Positions 27,615 through 41,736 of a stretch of 64,000 bases of DNA are shown here, piece after piece. The DNA lies in assembly GCA_964016885.1 (NCBI GenBank), contig OZ024743.1, forward strand, positions 119,660,001 to 119,724,000, read 5' to 3'. The notes under the pieces were generated by a model that worked only from the letters and a program-made list of their open reading frames with translations, searched no databases and was not told the DNA's origin. The position numbers and the translations under genes were made by a program. The stretch's first letter is position 1. Each line of letters starts with the position of its first letter. Origin of the DNA: Eledone cirrhosa. Its lineage: Eukaryota.

Positions 27615-28086
27615 AAAAATACACACATAAACACCCACGCAAACATCTGAGAGTGACATATAGACCTCATCTTCTCGCAGCGAAGACGAGGGACTAACAC
27701 AACGGACAAAAAACACACATAAATACCCACACAAACATCTGAGAGTGACATATAGACCTCATCTTCTCGCAGCGAAGATGAGGGACTAACACAGCGGACA
27801 AAAAACACGCATAAATACCCACACAAACATCTGAGAGTGACATATAGACCTCATCTTCTCGCAGCGCAGACGAGGGACTAACACAACGGACAAAAAACAC
27901 ACATAAACACACACACAAACATCTGAGAGTGACATGTAGACGTCATCTTCTCGCAGCGAAGACGAGGGACTAACACAACGGAGAAAAAACACACATAAAC
28001 ACCCACACAAACATCTGAGAGTAACATATAGACCTCATCTTCTCGCAGAGAAGATGAGGGACTAACACAACGGACAAAAAACGAAA
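27615..28086. repeat. 92-bp minisatellite, at least 5 copies, running into the gap
   Basis: aaacatctgagag recurs at 27641, 27733, 27825, 27917 and 28009. Confidence 0.95.
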
Positions 28087-28286
28087 NNNNNNNNNNNNNN
28101 NNNNNNNNNNNNNNNNNNNNNNNNNNNNNNNNNNNNNNNNNNNNNNNNNNNNNNNNNNNNNNNNNNNNNNNNNNNNNNNNNNNNNNNNNNNNNNNNNNNN
28201 NNNNNNNNNNNNNNNNNNNNNNNNNNNNNNNNNNNNNNNNNNNNNNNNNNNNNNNNNNNNNNNNNNNNNNNNNNNNNNNNNNNNNN
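28087..28286. other. assembly gap (200 N)
   Basis: Run of n. Confidence 1.
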
Positions 28287-28419
28287 GCTTGCCCGTCCAT
28301 CTGTTTCTCTTTCCCTGTCTCTCTCTCTCTCTCTACTCTCTCCTCTCTCTCTCTTTTTAGATGTATGTGTGTGTGTGTTGTTTTCATAATCTGTCTCTTT
28401 CACTATCTGTCTCTCTAAG

Positions 28420-28915
28420 AGTTAAATTATAGGTAGGGTGAAAGAGGGGAGGGGTAGAGAGAGAGATAGAGAGACGACGTTCAGCTTTATAATAATAGAG
28501 AGTGAAGAGCGACAGAGAGAGTAAAGCAGTTAAATTATAGAGATGGGGAATGATCAATTATAGAGAGGGAAGAGCAACAAAGAGAGTAAAGCTAAGAAAC
28601 TATAGGGAGGTGTGTAGGATACATACGTGTTGACCGAATTTACATACCACGCTCATCTCTACGGAAAGAGAAAGAGTGTTGTCATATAGAGACTGGAGAG
28701 AGACAGAGAGTAAAGCAGTTAAATTATAGAGAGGGTGAAAGAGGGAGAGAGAGATAGAGACGACGCTCAGCTTTATAATAGTTGTGAGTGAAAAGCGACA
28801 GAGAGAGTAAAGCAGGTTAAATTATAGAGAGGGGGGAATGATCTATTATAGAGAGAAAGAAGAGCGACGGAGAGAGTATAGCTAAAAAACTATAGGGAGG
28901 TGTGTAGGATACATA
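28420..28915. repeat. ~297-bp-period duplication built from GA-rich subrepeats
   Basis: gttaaattatag..agggtgaaagaggg at ~28421 and ~28718; ctatagggaggtgtgtaggatacatac occurs twice. Confidence 0.75.
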
Positions 28916-28934
28916 CATAATACATACACACAAG

Positions 28935-29075
28935 GAAAAGAAATCGAAAATGCAGCTGGAGTCTTTTTTAAGAATATTTATTTCTCTGGCGAGAAAAAAC
29001 CACAACTGTGAAACCGGTAAAGGAAATAAATAAATATTCTTAAAAAGACTTCAGTTGCATTTTCGATTTCTTTTA
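28935..29075. repeat. inverted repeat containing a GAAACCGGTA motif
   Basis: gaaatcgaaaatgcagctggagtcttttt is mirrored by aaaaagacttcagttgcattttcgatttc; related to 9983-10095 and 29205-29240. Confidence 0.7.
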
Positions 29076-30342
29076 CTTATACATTCACCCGTGTAGGACA
29101 TCTCGTTTTTTTATTTTAAAAAAAAAATTTACTTTCATTTATATATATATATAGTATATATATATATATATAGTATAATATATATATATATATAAGGAGA
29201 AAAGATGAAATCGAAAATGCAACTGGAGTCTTTCTTTTTTTTAATAACGACGGTATACATGCTAAAAATGAACAGCTCCAATAAAAACTCCGTTTTAAAA
29301 AAAGCTACAAATTCTTTCACTGATATTTTTTTAGATTCATTCAACCAGGTCAGGTCAGCAAGCATTTTTGGAGGAGGGCCGGATTGGAAATGCTTTTGTC
29401 TTGAAAGTCAGTACGAATGAAAATGTGAAAGTATGATCATATACGTCTATGAAAGCAATGCTTTTAAATTACATTCATGTTTTCTTTTAATTACAAACTT
29501 TTAACCGGTGATATATAAAATAAAGAAAATACCATGTCTCTCTTGATATTATAACGTCGATTAATTATGTTAATAAAAAATGTTTTGCTAGGCAACAATA
29601 GGCTCAGAATTTCAACGCAAAATGCATATGAAGGAATTAGAACAGTTAAAATAAATACAGTACTAGAGTTATAATAACATCACTCCATGTGAGACCACGG
29701 CAACAAGAGAATTTGTTCGACGATGAATTTTCTTGTTCACTAATCAAACGTTGATAAGGAAAAACGGAGAATTGAAGAACGTCATATATTCAAGGAAATT
29801 CGCAGACCGAATTAATTGTACAATCCCTGATATATAGAAGTAATGGTACACTAGTATCAAACTACACAAATACGTGCTATGTTGTGTATGGGGGCCGTAT
29901 ACGCGATGAAAGTTTAAACTGACCGCGGGAACGTAAAGGGACCTAACGTTTTATTTATTATACTACTATATTACATTCTATAAAACGTACAAGGCCACAC
30001 AACTTGAAATAGGTTTATAGACAATTGTATCGACTTCAGTACTTAATTTAACAAAATCGTTAGAATGTCGAATAGAGTGCCTTCACGGTAATTTTTCGTC
30101 TCTCTGGATAAGTTGAAATCCTGCCGAAGCCAACTTTGTTCATTTTTGTAGGGTCGATAAATAAAATAACAATCCACTGTGTTAGACCGGTAGAATTGTT
30201 AAAGAGCTGGATGAGATATCTTGAATGTCGGTTCCGATTCTTTACGTTAAGAAGTAAAATTCCATCGCTTACCATTCACGTTCTGTTGATGGAAAATGTG
30301 TTCTTTGGGACCCGGCTAATGTATATAAGCCTACATTATTAG

Positions 30343-30690
30343 AAGGTGGATTGGCAGTATCGGTTAGAGGGGTCGGACGCCATGCTTTCCAGCATAGTTA
30401 CGTCCCCTTTACGATCTGAGTTCAAATCCCGCCGAGGTTGACTTTGCCTTTCATCCTTACGGGGTCGATAAAATAAAGTACCAGTAATGTACTGGGTAAT
30501 TGCTGGCCTTGTGCCTAAAGTAGAAACAATTATTAGAATGCTTTCCAGCATAGTTACGTCCCTTTACGATCTGAGTTCAATTCCCGCTGGAGGTTGACTT
30601 TGCCTTTCATCCTTACGGGGTCGATAAAATAAAGTACCAGTAATGTACTGGATATTGCTGGCCTTGTGCCTAAAGTAGAAACAATTATTA
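30343..30690 (+). mobile_element. SINE family A, full plus truncated tandem copy
   Basis: A-box tggcagtatcgg, B-box gagttcaaatcc; attattaga at all three junctions. Confidence 0.92.
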
Positions 30691-31245
30691 GATTGTATGA
30701 TTTGTTGCTAGCAATATCTCGTCTCTTCTATAAAAGCGAGCGAACTTTTCACAGAATGCAATGAGCACAGGACAGAAAAATATCAATTCTGTTTTTGATT
30801 AGAACATATTTTATCGACTTCGGGATGATGAATGGCAACCTTGAAATGAGCTGTATTTGAAATTAGCATGAACAACGCCGTAAAAGTATATAGAAAGTAA
30901 TTTTGCCTGACATTTTCTTACAACACACCGTAATACTGACATGAAGAAGCATCGAGCCTAAAAGTTTACATTAGTAAGCGTAAATAGTCGAGAACGTAAA
31001 GGGAATAGCCAAACACCGTAACGTCTCTTAACATGTATTGTTGTTTTTCTCCATTATTAAGCCGAAATAGATCTCTACTTGTTTCAACAAGTATTATCCT
31101 TAGGGATACATTTTATTCATAAGCATATTAATCGACATGTTCTTATTTTTGTTGCTATTCTTGCTGTTTAATAACGGGTAGGTGACCTATTATTAAAGGT
31201 ACTCCAGGCATTACCATACTGGTTTCTTTACAAATAGTAAATATA

Positions 31246-31808
31246 CCGTATTTCCCGGCGCCGAAGACGCTTCGTCCTCAGGGGTGCACCCTAATTTTGA
31301 CAACCAAATATTTGAAAAGAAAATAATTGTTTCTACTTTAGGCACAAGGCCAGCAATTACCCAGTGCATTACTTTGTACTTTATTTTATCGACCCCGTAA
31401 GGATGAAAGGCAAAGTCAACCTCGGCGGGGATTTGAACTCAGATCGTAAAGGGACGTAACTATGCTGGAAAGCATGGCGTCCGACCCTCTACAGATACTG
31501 CCAATCCACCGCCCGAAAATTTTGAAAATAAAATAATTGTTTCTACTTTAGGCACAAGGCCAGCAATTACACAGTGCATTACTGGTACTTTATTTTATCG
31601 ATCCCGTAAGGATGAAAGGCAAAGTAAACCTCGGCGGGATTTGAACTCAGACCGTAAAGGGACGTAACTATGCTGGAAAGCATGGCGTCCGACTCTCTAC
31701 CGATACTGCCAATCCAAAGAAAATAATAAACATAAAAATGCAACGCACGGTAGATTTTTTAGGCTTATTTTAGGAAAAAAGTAGCGTCTTCGACGCCGGG
31801 AAATAATA
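31246..31808. mobile_element. Tc1/mariner-like MITE containing two nested SINEs
   Basis: TIRs ccgtatttcccggcgccgaagacgc / gcgtcttcgacgccgggaaata; TA at the left end. Confidence 0.7.
31322..31716 (-). mobile_element. two tandem SINE family A copies
   Basis: 31322-31514 and 31533-31716; the first is flanked by aaatatttgaaaa / aaattttgaaaa. Confidence 0.92.
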
Positions 31809-32036
31809 TATTGGCTGTGAAGTCAGAGTGGCCTGACTGCTATTTTTGCAGGACTAATGACTACGTAAAGGTTCCCAATTTGAAGACGTAAAACCATGGC
31901 GACCGAAAATCACACACATCATCTGGACTTTAACGAAGCGTGTAACAACAAGCCTTCTTCCTTAATATGGACAAATATTTCACGACTATTGACAACAATG
32001 TCATTCTTGCGGTATTAATTTCTTACTCTAAATTTG

Positions 32037-32037
<1 letters not shown>

Positions 32038-32071
<34 letters not shown>

Positions 32072-32640
32072 ATTGTTGTTGTTGTTGGTGTTGGTGGTGG
32101 TGGTGGGAGTGATGGTGGTGTTGGTGGTGTTGGTGGTGTTGGTGGCGGGAGTGATGGTGGTGTTGGTGGTGGGAGTGGTCGCGGTGGGAGTGATGGTGGG
32201 GTGGTGGTGGGAGTGATGGTGGTGGTGGTGGTGGTGGGAGTGATGGTGGTGGTGGTGGTGGTGGTGGGAGTGATGGTGGTGTTGGTGGTGGTCGTGGTCG
32301 TGGTGGGAGTGGTTGTGGTGGTGGTGGTGGGAGTGATGGTGGTGTTGGTGGTGGTCGTGGTCGAGGTGGGAGTGATGGTGGTGGTGGTGGTGGTGGCGGG
32401 AGTGATGGTGGTGTTGGTGGTGGTCGTGGTCGAGGTGGGAGTGATGGTGGTGGTGGTGGTGGTGGAGTGATGGTGGGAGTGATGGTGGTGTCGGTGGTGG
32501 TGGTGGTGGGAGTGATGGTGGTGGTTGTGGTGGAGATGTTGTTGTTGTTGGTGGTGGTGGTGGTGATGGTGGTGGTGGTGGTAGTAATGGTGGTGGTGAT
32601 GGTGGTGGTGGTGGTGCTGGTGGTGGTGGTGATGGGGAGT
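32038..32640. repeat. (GCT)n/(GGT)n compound repeat with recurring gggagtgat subunit
   Basis: Direct reading. Confidence 0.9.
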
Positions 32641-33027
32641 GACGTTATTCAGACCTAGATCAGCCCTAATTCAGCAAATCAATGATTATATTCGTTTCAA
32701 ACGTATTATCCTGTACATAAATTACTTCAATGTTTTGGATTCACAAATGACAATTTTTCATTATTAATACAGTCGAGTGTGATTTGAAGGAGAGTTACAT
32801 TGTTTCCTGAAGGTTATGCGGTTACATAGTGGTTTTCATTTTGGCTCTCTAATTCTTTACTGTTATCCTATTATCAATGTTAATATTGCCCTAGAGAAGG
32901 GTTGTTGATTGGCAGAATTGGTAGTATGTCAAATAAAATGCCATTTGTTCTGGCCCTTGCGTTCTTAATTCACATTCTGCCGATATGAATTTTGCCTTTC
33001 ATCCTTCCGGGATCAATAAAATATATT

Positions 33028-33203
33028 TGTTTCTACTTTTGACACAAGGACATTACTGGTACAAGGTACATTACTGGTACTTTATTTTATCGACCCCGTA
33101 AGGATGAAAGGCAAAGTTAACTTCGGCGGGATTTGAACTGAGAATGGCAAGGGCATAACTCTATGCGTCAAAGCATGGCGTTCGACCCTCTACCGATACT
33201 GCC
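33028..33203 (-). mobile_element. SINE family A inserted into an older related SINE
   Basis: 14-bp TSD caataaaatatatt (33014) / caataaaatacatt (33203); the older plus-strand SINE spans about 32900-33290. Confidence 0.85.
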
Positions 33204-35031
33204 AATAAAATACATTAGCAGTTAAATACGGAAGTCGATTTATTCAATTTTCACCTTCCCTAACTTTGTTAGTTTTATGCCTAAATTAGTAACCAACTTT
33301 ATCCTGGTTACTTATAATTCTTAACTGACTGCAATGGTATGCACTCGTTCTATTTTCACGCCATTCATTTGTTAAGCTTTCTCGAGAGTGTAAACCAATG
33401 TGATGTTGGATGCTGTGAGAAGGGAATTCTAACGTTTCCTTCTCGGCATATTCTGAAGAGAAATACTGAACTGATTTTTTGTCAGTGCAAACTACCACAT
33501 AGGAATCTCTATGTGGCCGTTGGAATTGTTGACAAATCTTCGTAAACACATGTACGAACGTCTTAAATAAAGTAGATATCAGACAATATCATCCCGTATG
33601 CTTCTAGAAAGATGGAATGAACAAAAATGGAATACATTTTGTTATATATCTGCTCAACAAATAATAGTCTGGGGATGAACATCAAGAATAACTTCTAACA
33701 GACTCTTAGAATTCTTATCATTAACATTGTCAATTCATAAGAAATTTCCAACTTCTATCAATTTACTAGTATTCTCTATTCGCAATAGACTACATACCAC
33801 ACACCATTTACTCGGCAATCACCATTACTACACATCGTGTGTCATTCATCAATCATTATTCACCATTTTACATGTAATAATTGTTTTTATTCATTACACT
33901 TTAGAACTTCATAAAGATAACAAGCTTTAAGATATTTCTTGATTTGAAGAATCCAGTGCGGCAAACCCTTGGGCAACCTTGTGTATCTATTCGATTAGCA
34001 CCAACAGGTATGTTTCAGCTCCGCATTCCTGTCCTATAGCGGCTAGTTTCTGATTGCCTTACCACCTCATTTCACTGGTCCTATTTTCCGTCAGGCTATC
34101 CATAGCCTGCGGTCATGCCATCACATGCTTCCCATAACATACTGGCCTCAAGGATGTTGATAAATACAGCTTGGATGCAACTGGCTTCCGATCGCAACTG
34201 GGACTTGTAGATTTGGAACGAGGAGACATTCTGAGGTGATTAATCTCATCTCTTGGATACGACCTGCAGTGATATATTCTCCAACAGAAACCTGGTACTT
34301 ACAGCTTTAGACCTAGGCTCCGTTGTCCGATAAGCAGAAAATCGTAAGTTAGAAAAGTATCGGCCAATCTCTGGTAGGGTTTTAATAGTGGAAGAAACAT
34401 TTGGTCACTTGTGTCTTCGAACCACATCCTTACTCACTGGAATCGAGATTGATATGGCCATATACAAGCACGAGTCCTTGGGTTGGTCTGACATTTTCAA
34501 CGCATCTTTCTCGCTATCTCCCCAGGGTTATGCATTTGCCCTTCTGTCTACCGTGTCTACTAAAGACTCTGAAGTTTAACATTTGTGACGATTTTGTAAG
34601 TTTTAGCTGTTTGTTGAAGGAATTTACTACAATAATAACGCACTTATTGACAAATGAAGCAGTTAGTGGTAAATGGTGAAAGGGTGAAAGGCTTGTTGTA
34701 GCTGTTGTTATCGTTTAGCACCGGGTGATCAATGGGGGTTACAGCCATACCCATCACATCCTTTGTGTCGAGTATTCTGCATCTAGGATTACATTACTAA
34801 CTGCCTTTTTGTTTTAAGATGGCACTGGAAAATTAGTATTGGTGAAATTTTGCTACTATTTCTAGCACGTCGAAAATCTCATAGAAACACATCCGTTGGT
34901 TAGACAACATTGATAAAATTGTTATTGTTCCTGTAGTCGCAAATTAGCCCCATTCAAGTAAACCTATGGTCAAAGGCTTTTTTAGCTGCTAGCATCCTCT
35001 ATTTTCTTTCATAGTTACACTCAGCGTAAAC

Positions 35032-35350
35032 CAGGGGTCTACAACATATTCCATTGGCGGGTCACTTTTGAACAGTGGGACAACTATTGGGGCCATTAAT
35101 ATTTATTAAACACTATTCCAAAAATTCCCCACAACTTCTTTCCATAACATGGAACTGGGAAATTATACCACACATAACCCTATCAGTGAAGCCCTTTAGA
35201 ACAGGTCAACTAACAGAAAATTGTATTATGGTTACGAAAAAATTTCTAAATAAGCCTACAAGGTAAAAATTAAAAATGGTCACCGCGAGCCACTCTGACT
35301 GGTCTGCCGGGCCGGATTGTGGCCCGCGGGCCACCCGTTGTGAGCCCCTA
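35032..35350 (+). mobile_element. hAT-like MITE
   Basis: Termini caggggtctacaac / gttgtgagccccta; 8-bp flanks gcgtaaac / gtataaac; ggcccgcgggcc motif; second copy at 41186-41495. Confidence 0.8.
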
Positions 35351-35833
35351 GTATAAACTATCCAATATGTCCATCATTCTTTAGAAAAGATTTGGTTTGA
35401 GAGAAGCTTGACTTCTACATCTAGTAGTTTAACTGGCCATACCGAAACCCTCGCCTTGGCCTGTCAATAAGTTTGATGTTAGTATTGATGTCTAGACATA
35501 ACTCAGCCGCTGATAAGGGAAATATACGATTGAAAACATTCCAAATTTCCTATATATCTACGATAATATTATCTAATGTAATCTTTGTCAGTTCGGGAGA
35601 CAATTTAGTGGCGCCCTGATTACGTCGACAGTAAAGTTTTTTCAAGTGACGGAGTGGGGGCAAGTCTGATAGTTTCTTGTAAAATAAAAGGACAAAGTAC
35701 AATAGCGAACATTGTATTGAATTCTAACAGTTATTAGTAAATTTATGTATAATTGTAGACATATGTGCGTGCGATGAGAATAGATACGTGTCGTAGCTAC
35801 ATGCGTATTAAATGTGTCTGTGTATTGCTAGCT

Positions 35834-35912
<79 letters not shown>

Positions 35913-35943
35913 GTACAAACAAACGCAAACACACACATATATG

Positions 35944-35979
<36 letters not shown>

Positions 35980-36377
35980 GGGGGGGGGGGGGGAGTGTAA
36001 GTGTGTGTGTATGCTTATATGGTTGTATGTGTGTGTATATGAGTGTGAACGCGTGTGTGTGTGCACGCATATGTGAGTCTGTACCTGAAGTACGAATATA
36101 TGTATGTGTTATTTGCATGCTGACATCCATAAATATACTATGACTGCTTCAAAAATTAGTTGGTCGTCAGAGGAAAAAGACCCGCCAATACTTCGTACCG
36201 AAAGGGCAAACTGACATGACAGCATTTGTCTATGATTTAGGTGTCCAGTACTGGTTTTCTTTATTTTTTATTCTTTTGATGAGGATCAGATAACGTTGGG
36301 GACTCCGAAGAAATCATCACATGAACCAAGTGTATTAATTTTATTATTATTGTTGTCATCGTTCTCCTTGTTGTTGT

Positions 36378-36420
<43 letters not shown>

Positions 36421-36549
36421 AATGATTTGTTGTTGTTTTCGGTGCTATTATTCTGTTATAGAGATAAAAAGAGATGAAACTTCAAACTGTACACTGATCA
36501 GCCCTATGGACGAATTGCTAAGATTATTTTTTAACGCAATGCCACCACC

Positions 36550-37075
<526 letters not shown>

Positions 37076-37250
37076 TGTGTGTGTGTGTATGTGTGTTTAT
37101 GTGTATGAGTGTCTGTGTGTATGCTTGAACGTTAAGAAAAGCAGGTGGTGGCATTGCGTAAAAAAATAATCTTAGACTAGCGAGCAATGTCTAAGTATAG
37201 CAGCAATCTATCCACACACACACATATGTATATATATATATATATATATA

Positions 37251-37305
<55 letters not shown>

Positions 37306-37566
37306 GTGTGTGTGTGTGTGTGTGCGTATGCGTGTGTTTGAGTGTGTGTGATTTGTCATACATTTATTCACATACGTGGCCATCCTTGTGTTTTTTAACT
37401 ACGCCCAATCAAATATGTGTATGTGCGTTTGTGGTTGCAGGTGCGTATGTTATATATTGTTATATAATCTCTTTCTCACTCTCTCTCTCTCTTTTTACCC
37501 CCCCCCCCCACACAGATATATATATATATATATAAAAATATATATGTATGTATATATGTATGTATG

Positions 37567-37659
<93 letters not shown>

Positions 37660-38482
37660 TCATATACGTATCTTTGTGTTCGAGTTTGTATATATACCAT
37701 TATGCGCCGGCCCCGACTCCCCATCATTCAATCACACACATGCACATATCCAAAAAAGAAATAAAGAGAGGGGGGGATGAGGGAGAAAGTACAGAGGAAG
37801 GGCGTGAAAGAGGGGGTAAGAGAGGCAGAGAGACAAAAGTGTATTATGTTTTCATAACCCACCTATCTTTCTCTCACAATTATTTTGTTTTCTATGCAGT
37901 CGTCAACTTTTATCTTTTTGCAATCCATTTTTTAATAATGTGGCTATTTCCACACTGTCCACCTTTGCCCTACCCCTATATGCTCTCTCTCTCTGTCCCC
38001 AACTATGTTTTCCTTTAAATACATTATAATTTATCTTCCTCCCTTTCTGTTTCAAATTTATCCAGTAAACAATACAGCTAGGTACAAATGTGTGACTTAA
38101 AAAAAGGGAAGTATGATTTAAAGGAAGAAAGATAGACAGATTGATAGAAGAAAGAAAGAAAGAAAGAAAGAAGGAAAGAAAGAAAGAAGGAAATTAAAGA
38201 ACGAAAGAAAGAACGAAAGAAAGAAGGAAAGAAAGAAAAAAATGAAAGAAAGAAAGAAAAAGAAAAAAAAGAAAGGAAAAAAGAAAGAAAGAAAGAAGAA
38301 ATGAATGCAGGAAAGGTTGAATAAACGAATGGATGAAAAAAAAACGAATAAGTGAAACAAATCAATAAAGAATGAATGCATGAATGATGAAAAAAGAATG
38401 AAATAATGAAAGAATGAACAAGTGATTGAATTAATAAAAGTGGGATAGAAGGGAATGAATGATAGTATAAATAAATAAATAA

Positions 38483-38571
<89 letters not shown>

Positions 38572-38575
<4 letters not shown>

Positions 38576-38825
38576 TATGTATGTATACGTACATACATAT
38601 ATGTATACAGACGTACAGTAGTATGTATATATATATACATACATGCACACATATATATATGCACGTATCGGTTATATGCATGTGTGCATGTATGTATATA
38701 TATACATACTACTGTACGTCTGTATACATATATGTATGTACGTATACATACATACATACTTACATTTAAGTAAGTGCCGTACTAAGAGTGAGAAATGAAA
38801 TTTCGTTTCATAATATTCCATTTAT
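38572..38825. repeat. repeat family D fragment with internal fold-back
   Basis: aagtatgtatgtatacgtacatac... is followed by its own reverse complement, then by the reverse complement of the family D hairpin end. Confidence 0.7.
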
Positions 38826-38826
38826 T

Positions 38827-38984
<158 letters not shown>

Positions 38985-39052
38985 AATGTATGTATAGTAT
39001 ATTTAGCAATATACCGTATGCTTATATATAATATATATGATTATATGATATA

Positions 39053-39242
39053 ATAATTGTTTCTACATTTTTGCACAAGGCCAGCAATTACCCAGTGTAT
39101 TACTGGTACTTTATTTTATCAACCCCGTAAGGATGAAAGGCAAAGTTAACCTCGGCGGGATTCGAACTCGGAATGGCAAGAGCCGTAACTCTATGTGTCA
39201 AAGCATAGCGTTCGACCCTCTACCGATACTGCCAATCCACCA
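39053..39242 (-). mobile_element. SINE family A
   Basis: Full-length match. Confidence 0.9.
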
Positions 39243-39249
39243 ATAATAC

Positions 39250-39530
39250 AAGGACGAATGGTTACTCCTTCATTACGTTTATTGGTTGGTGACGCGCGTC
39301 TCGCTACTGATCAGCTCAAGGTTCGATCTGTATCGATCTAGCTCGACTCTGGAATCTAAAGCTCGTCGGACCTGTTTTAGTGATGACAGAATAAATATAC
39401 ATGACATACCAAAACGTCAAACGTTCATATGTTGGTCTGTTTAAGTTGTTTTGATTGATGGATTAATTACGAGAAATGTTTTCGCCTGTAATATACCAGG
39501 GTGGACCTACAGTAACTCCGCGTTACACTC
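39250..39530 (-). repeat. dispersed repeat family E
   Basis: Reverse-complement homolog of 11980-12248. Confidence 0.55.
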
Positions 39531-39532
39531 CC

Positions 39533-40110
39533 TGTCTGTAGTTCTGTTTACATGCCAACACAAGAGCAAGAATGAGGGGCTCATTCTACTGACATGGCGT
39601 TAAAAATGAGGCGTGTTTGCATAGTTGCAAACGAATCGAATGTTATCATTAATATTCGAAAAACTCAGATTATATTTATTGTATTCAGCCATGTAGAGCG
39701 GGCTTTTTTTTTTTTTTTTTTTTGAATGTGGCAAAGCCGGCCATTTAACGCTCGTATACAGGAAACTGACTGGCAAGTCTGCTGATATGCAAATCTGGAT
39801 GATCTGTGTATCTGCTAATATGCAGATCTGACAGATCAGCCAGTCAGCTAATATGCAAATCATGCCAGTTAGTCACTTTATATTTTAGAAAATAGCATAT
39901 ATTTTCACTAGCTCTGACTGTTGGCAGGTGAACAGTGAGCTGTACTGATGAAGGGTGATACCCAGAAACATAAGTGTCTGCAGTTCTGTTTACATGCCAA
40001 CACAAGAGCAAGAATGAAGGGTTCATTCTACTTACATGGCGTTAAAAATGAGGCTCGTTTGCATAGTTGCAAACGAATTGAATGTTATTAATATTCGAAA
40101 AACAGATTAC

Positions 40111-40118
<8 letters not shown>
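39533..40118. repeat. ~145-bp direct repeats 442 bp apart
   Basis: tgtctgyagttctgtttacatgccaacacaagagcaagaatga... at 39533 and 39975. Confidence 0.85.
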
Positions 40119-40165
<47 letters not shown>

Positions 40166-40654
40166 AGCAAATTATAAACGTAAATATGTAAGTATGTTTT
40201 TGAAACGGTGCGCGAGTTTGAAATTAAAAATTAGAAATTATAAGCTTTCACCGTATTTTAGACTAAAGGAATTTCTAGCCTGATAGTGGGGTTTATAACC
40301 CTCGGAGAAATGGAAAAAGATGAGTGTTGCCGTATATATATAATAAATGAAGAATTAGAAATAGAAGTTAGGAATATCCGTCATCAGTTGTCTATTAGCC
40401 ATCATAGGTATTTCTTCGCATTACAGACAATATACCTCCAGCTAGGGCGATACAATAACTAACATAAGTTATTGGTATAAAAAGAGAGGAAAAAATGAAA
40501 AAATCAAGTCAATAATTCATTTTGAACATAAGAACGGGTGAATATTGATGAGAAGGTAAAGACACATCTTAGCCGTGCGGATGTGAGCGAGGAAAAGAAT
40601 CTCGTACGGTGTGGGACGATGGAGGAAGTGAGAGAGAGGGTGAGTAGCAGAGAG

Positions 40655-40803
40655 TGCATTACTGGTACTTTATTTCATCGACCCCGTAAGGATGAAAGGC
40701 AAAGTTAACTTCGGCGGGATTTGAACTGAGAATGGCAGGGGCCGTAACTCTATACGTCAAAGCATGGCGTCCGACCCTCTACCGATACTGCCAATCCACC
40801 GCC
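40655..40803 (-). mobile_element. SINE family A, tail-truncated
   Basis: Head and core match family A. Confidence 0.85.
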
Positions 40804-40978
40804 AGTAAAATAATAAAATAGTGTTCTCGCATTCATACCTATAACTATTAATCAACATCGAACTATGAGGAAATGTCTAAGAGGCAACCTTAAAAAACTA
40901 GAGTCTTCAGGCAAGCAAATAACCATCTAATATTCACTTTGCAAGTACACTCTGTAGGTGGAACTGCTAAAATAGGCA

Positions 40979-41736
40979 TGACTCCTTTTGATAACATATC
41001 TCCAACTACAAGCATTGTCTATATGTTTCAATTAATTTTGAAATAATAAAAAATTGAGAAATTTAGTAAAATAACGAATATTTTCACGATCAAGTTGATG
41101 TAACAAAACGCAATTACATAAAATTAGGATGGAATGTTTTAATGCAATAACATGTTAACCCATTAGCATTTACATTACTCTATATCAGGGGCGTGCAACA
41201 GGCGGTCTGCGGGCCACAATCCAGCCTGCCAGACTAGTCAGATTGGCCCGCGATGATCATTTTTAATTTTTACCTTGTAGGCTTATTTAGAATTCTTTTC
41301 GTAACCATAATACTTAGTTGACCTATACTAAAGGGCTTCACTGATATGGTTATGTGTGTTATAAATTCCCAGTTCCATGTTATGGAAAGAAGTTGTGGTG
41401 TATCTTTGGAATAGTGCTTAATAAATATTAATGGCCCCAATAGTTGTTCCAATATTCAAAAGTGGCCCACCAATGGAATATGTTGCACACCCCTGTGCTA
41501 CATTTAGTATTATATTTTCACGTTAAAGGCATTACGTTACATAATATCGAATCTATGATATTTTGATATTATTTATTTTGAGAACACTACCTTAACATCA
41601 ATATGAGTGGCTTGTTACAGTATGTTTGACCAGAAAGAGGTACGAGATTCTGGCTAGATATGGCCGGTTTAAATGCAGTTTTGTATCACAGAACTACGAG
41701 CGGTTTCAGGAGGGTTTTTTTTATCAAAGGCGTTAA
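40979..41736. mobile_element. old piggyBac-like MITE containing a second piggyBac-like MITE (~41155-41680)
   Basis: Degenerate termini actccttttgata / tatcaaaggcgttaa; the inner element begins ttaacccattagcattta and ends ggtttaaatgc. Confidence 0.45.
41186..41495 (-). mobile_element. hAT-like MITE (second copy)
   Basis: TIRs caggggcgtgcaaca / tgttgcacacccctg; reverse complement of 35032-35350. Confidence 0.85.

Noticed and set aside
27615-28086. Possible CRISPR-like array (also 48090-48365 and the SINE arrays)
   Set aside because: Whole units repeat with no unique spacers, there are no cas genes, and the context is eukaryotic.
39533-40118. LTR/TRIM element from the direct repeats
   Set aside because: No TG...CA ends, primer-binding site, polypurine tract or TSD found.
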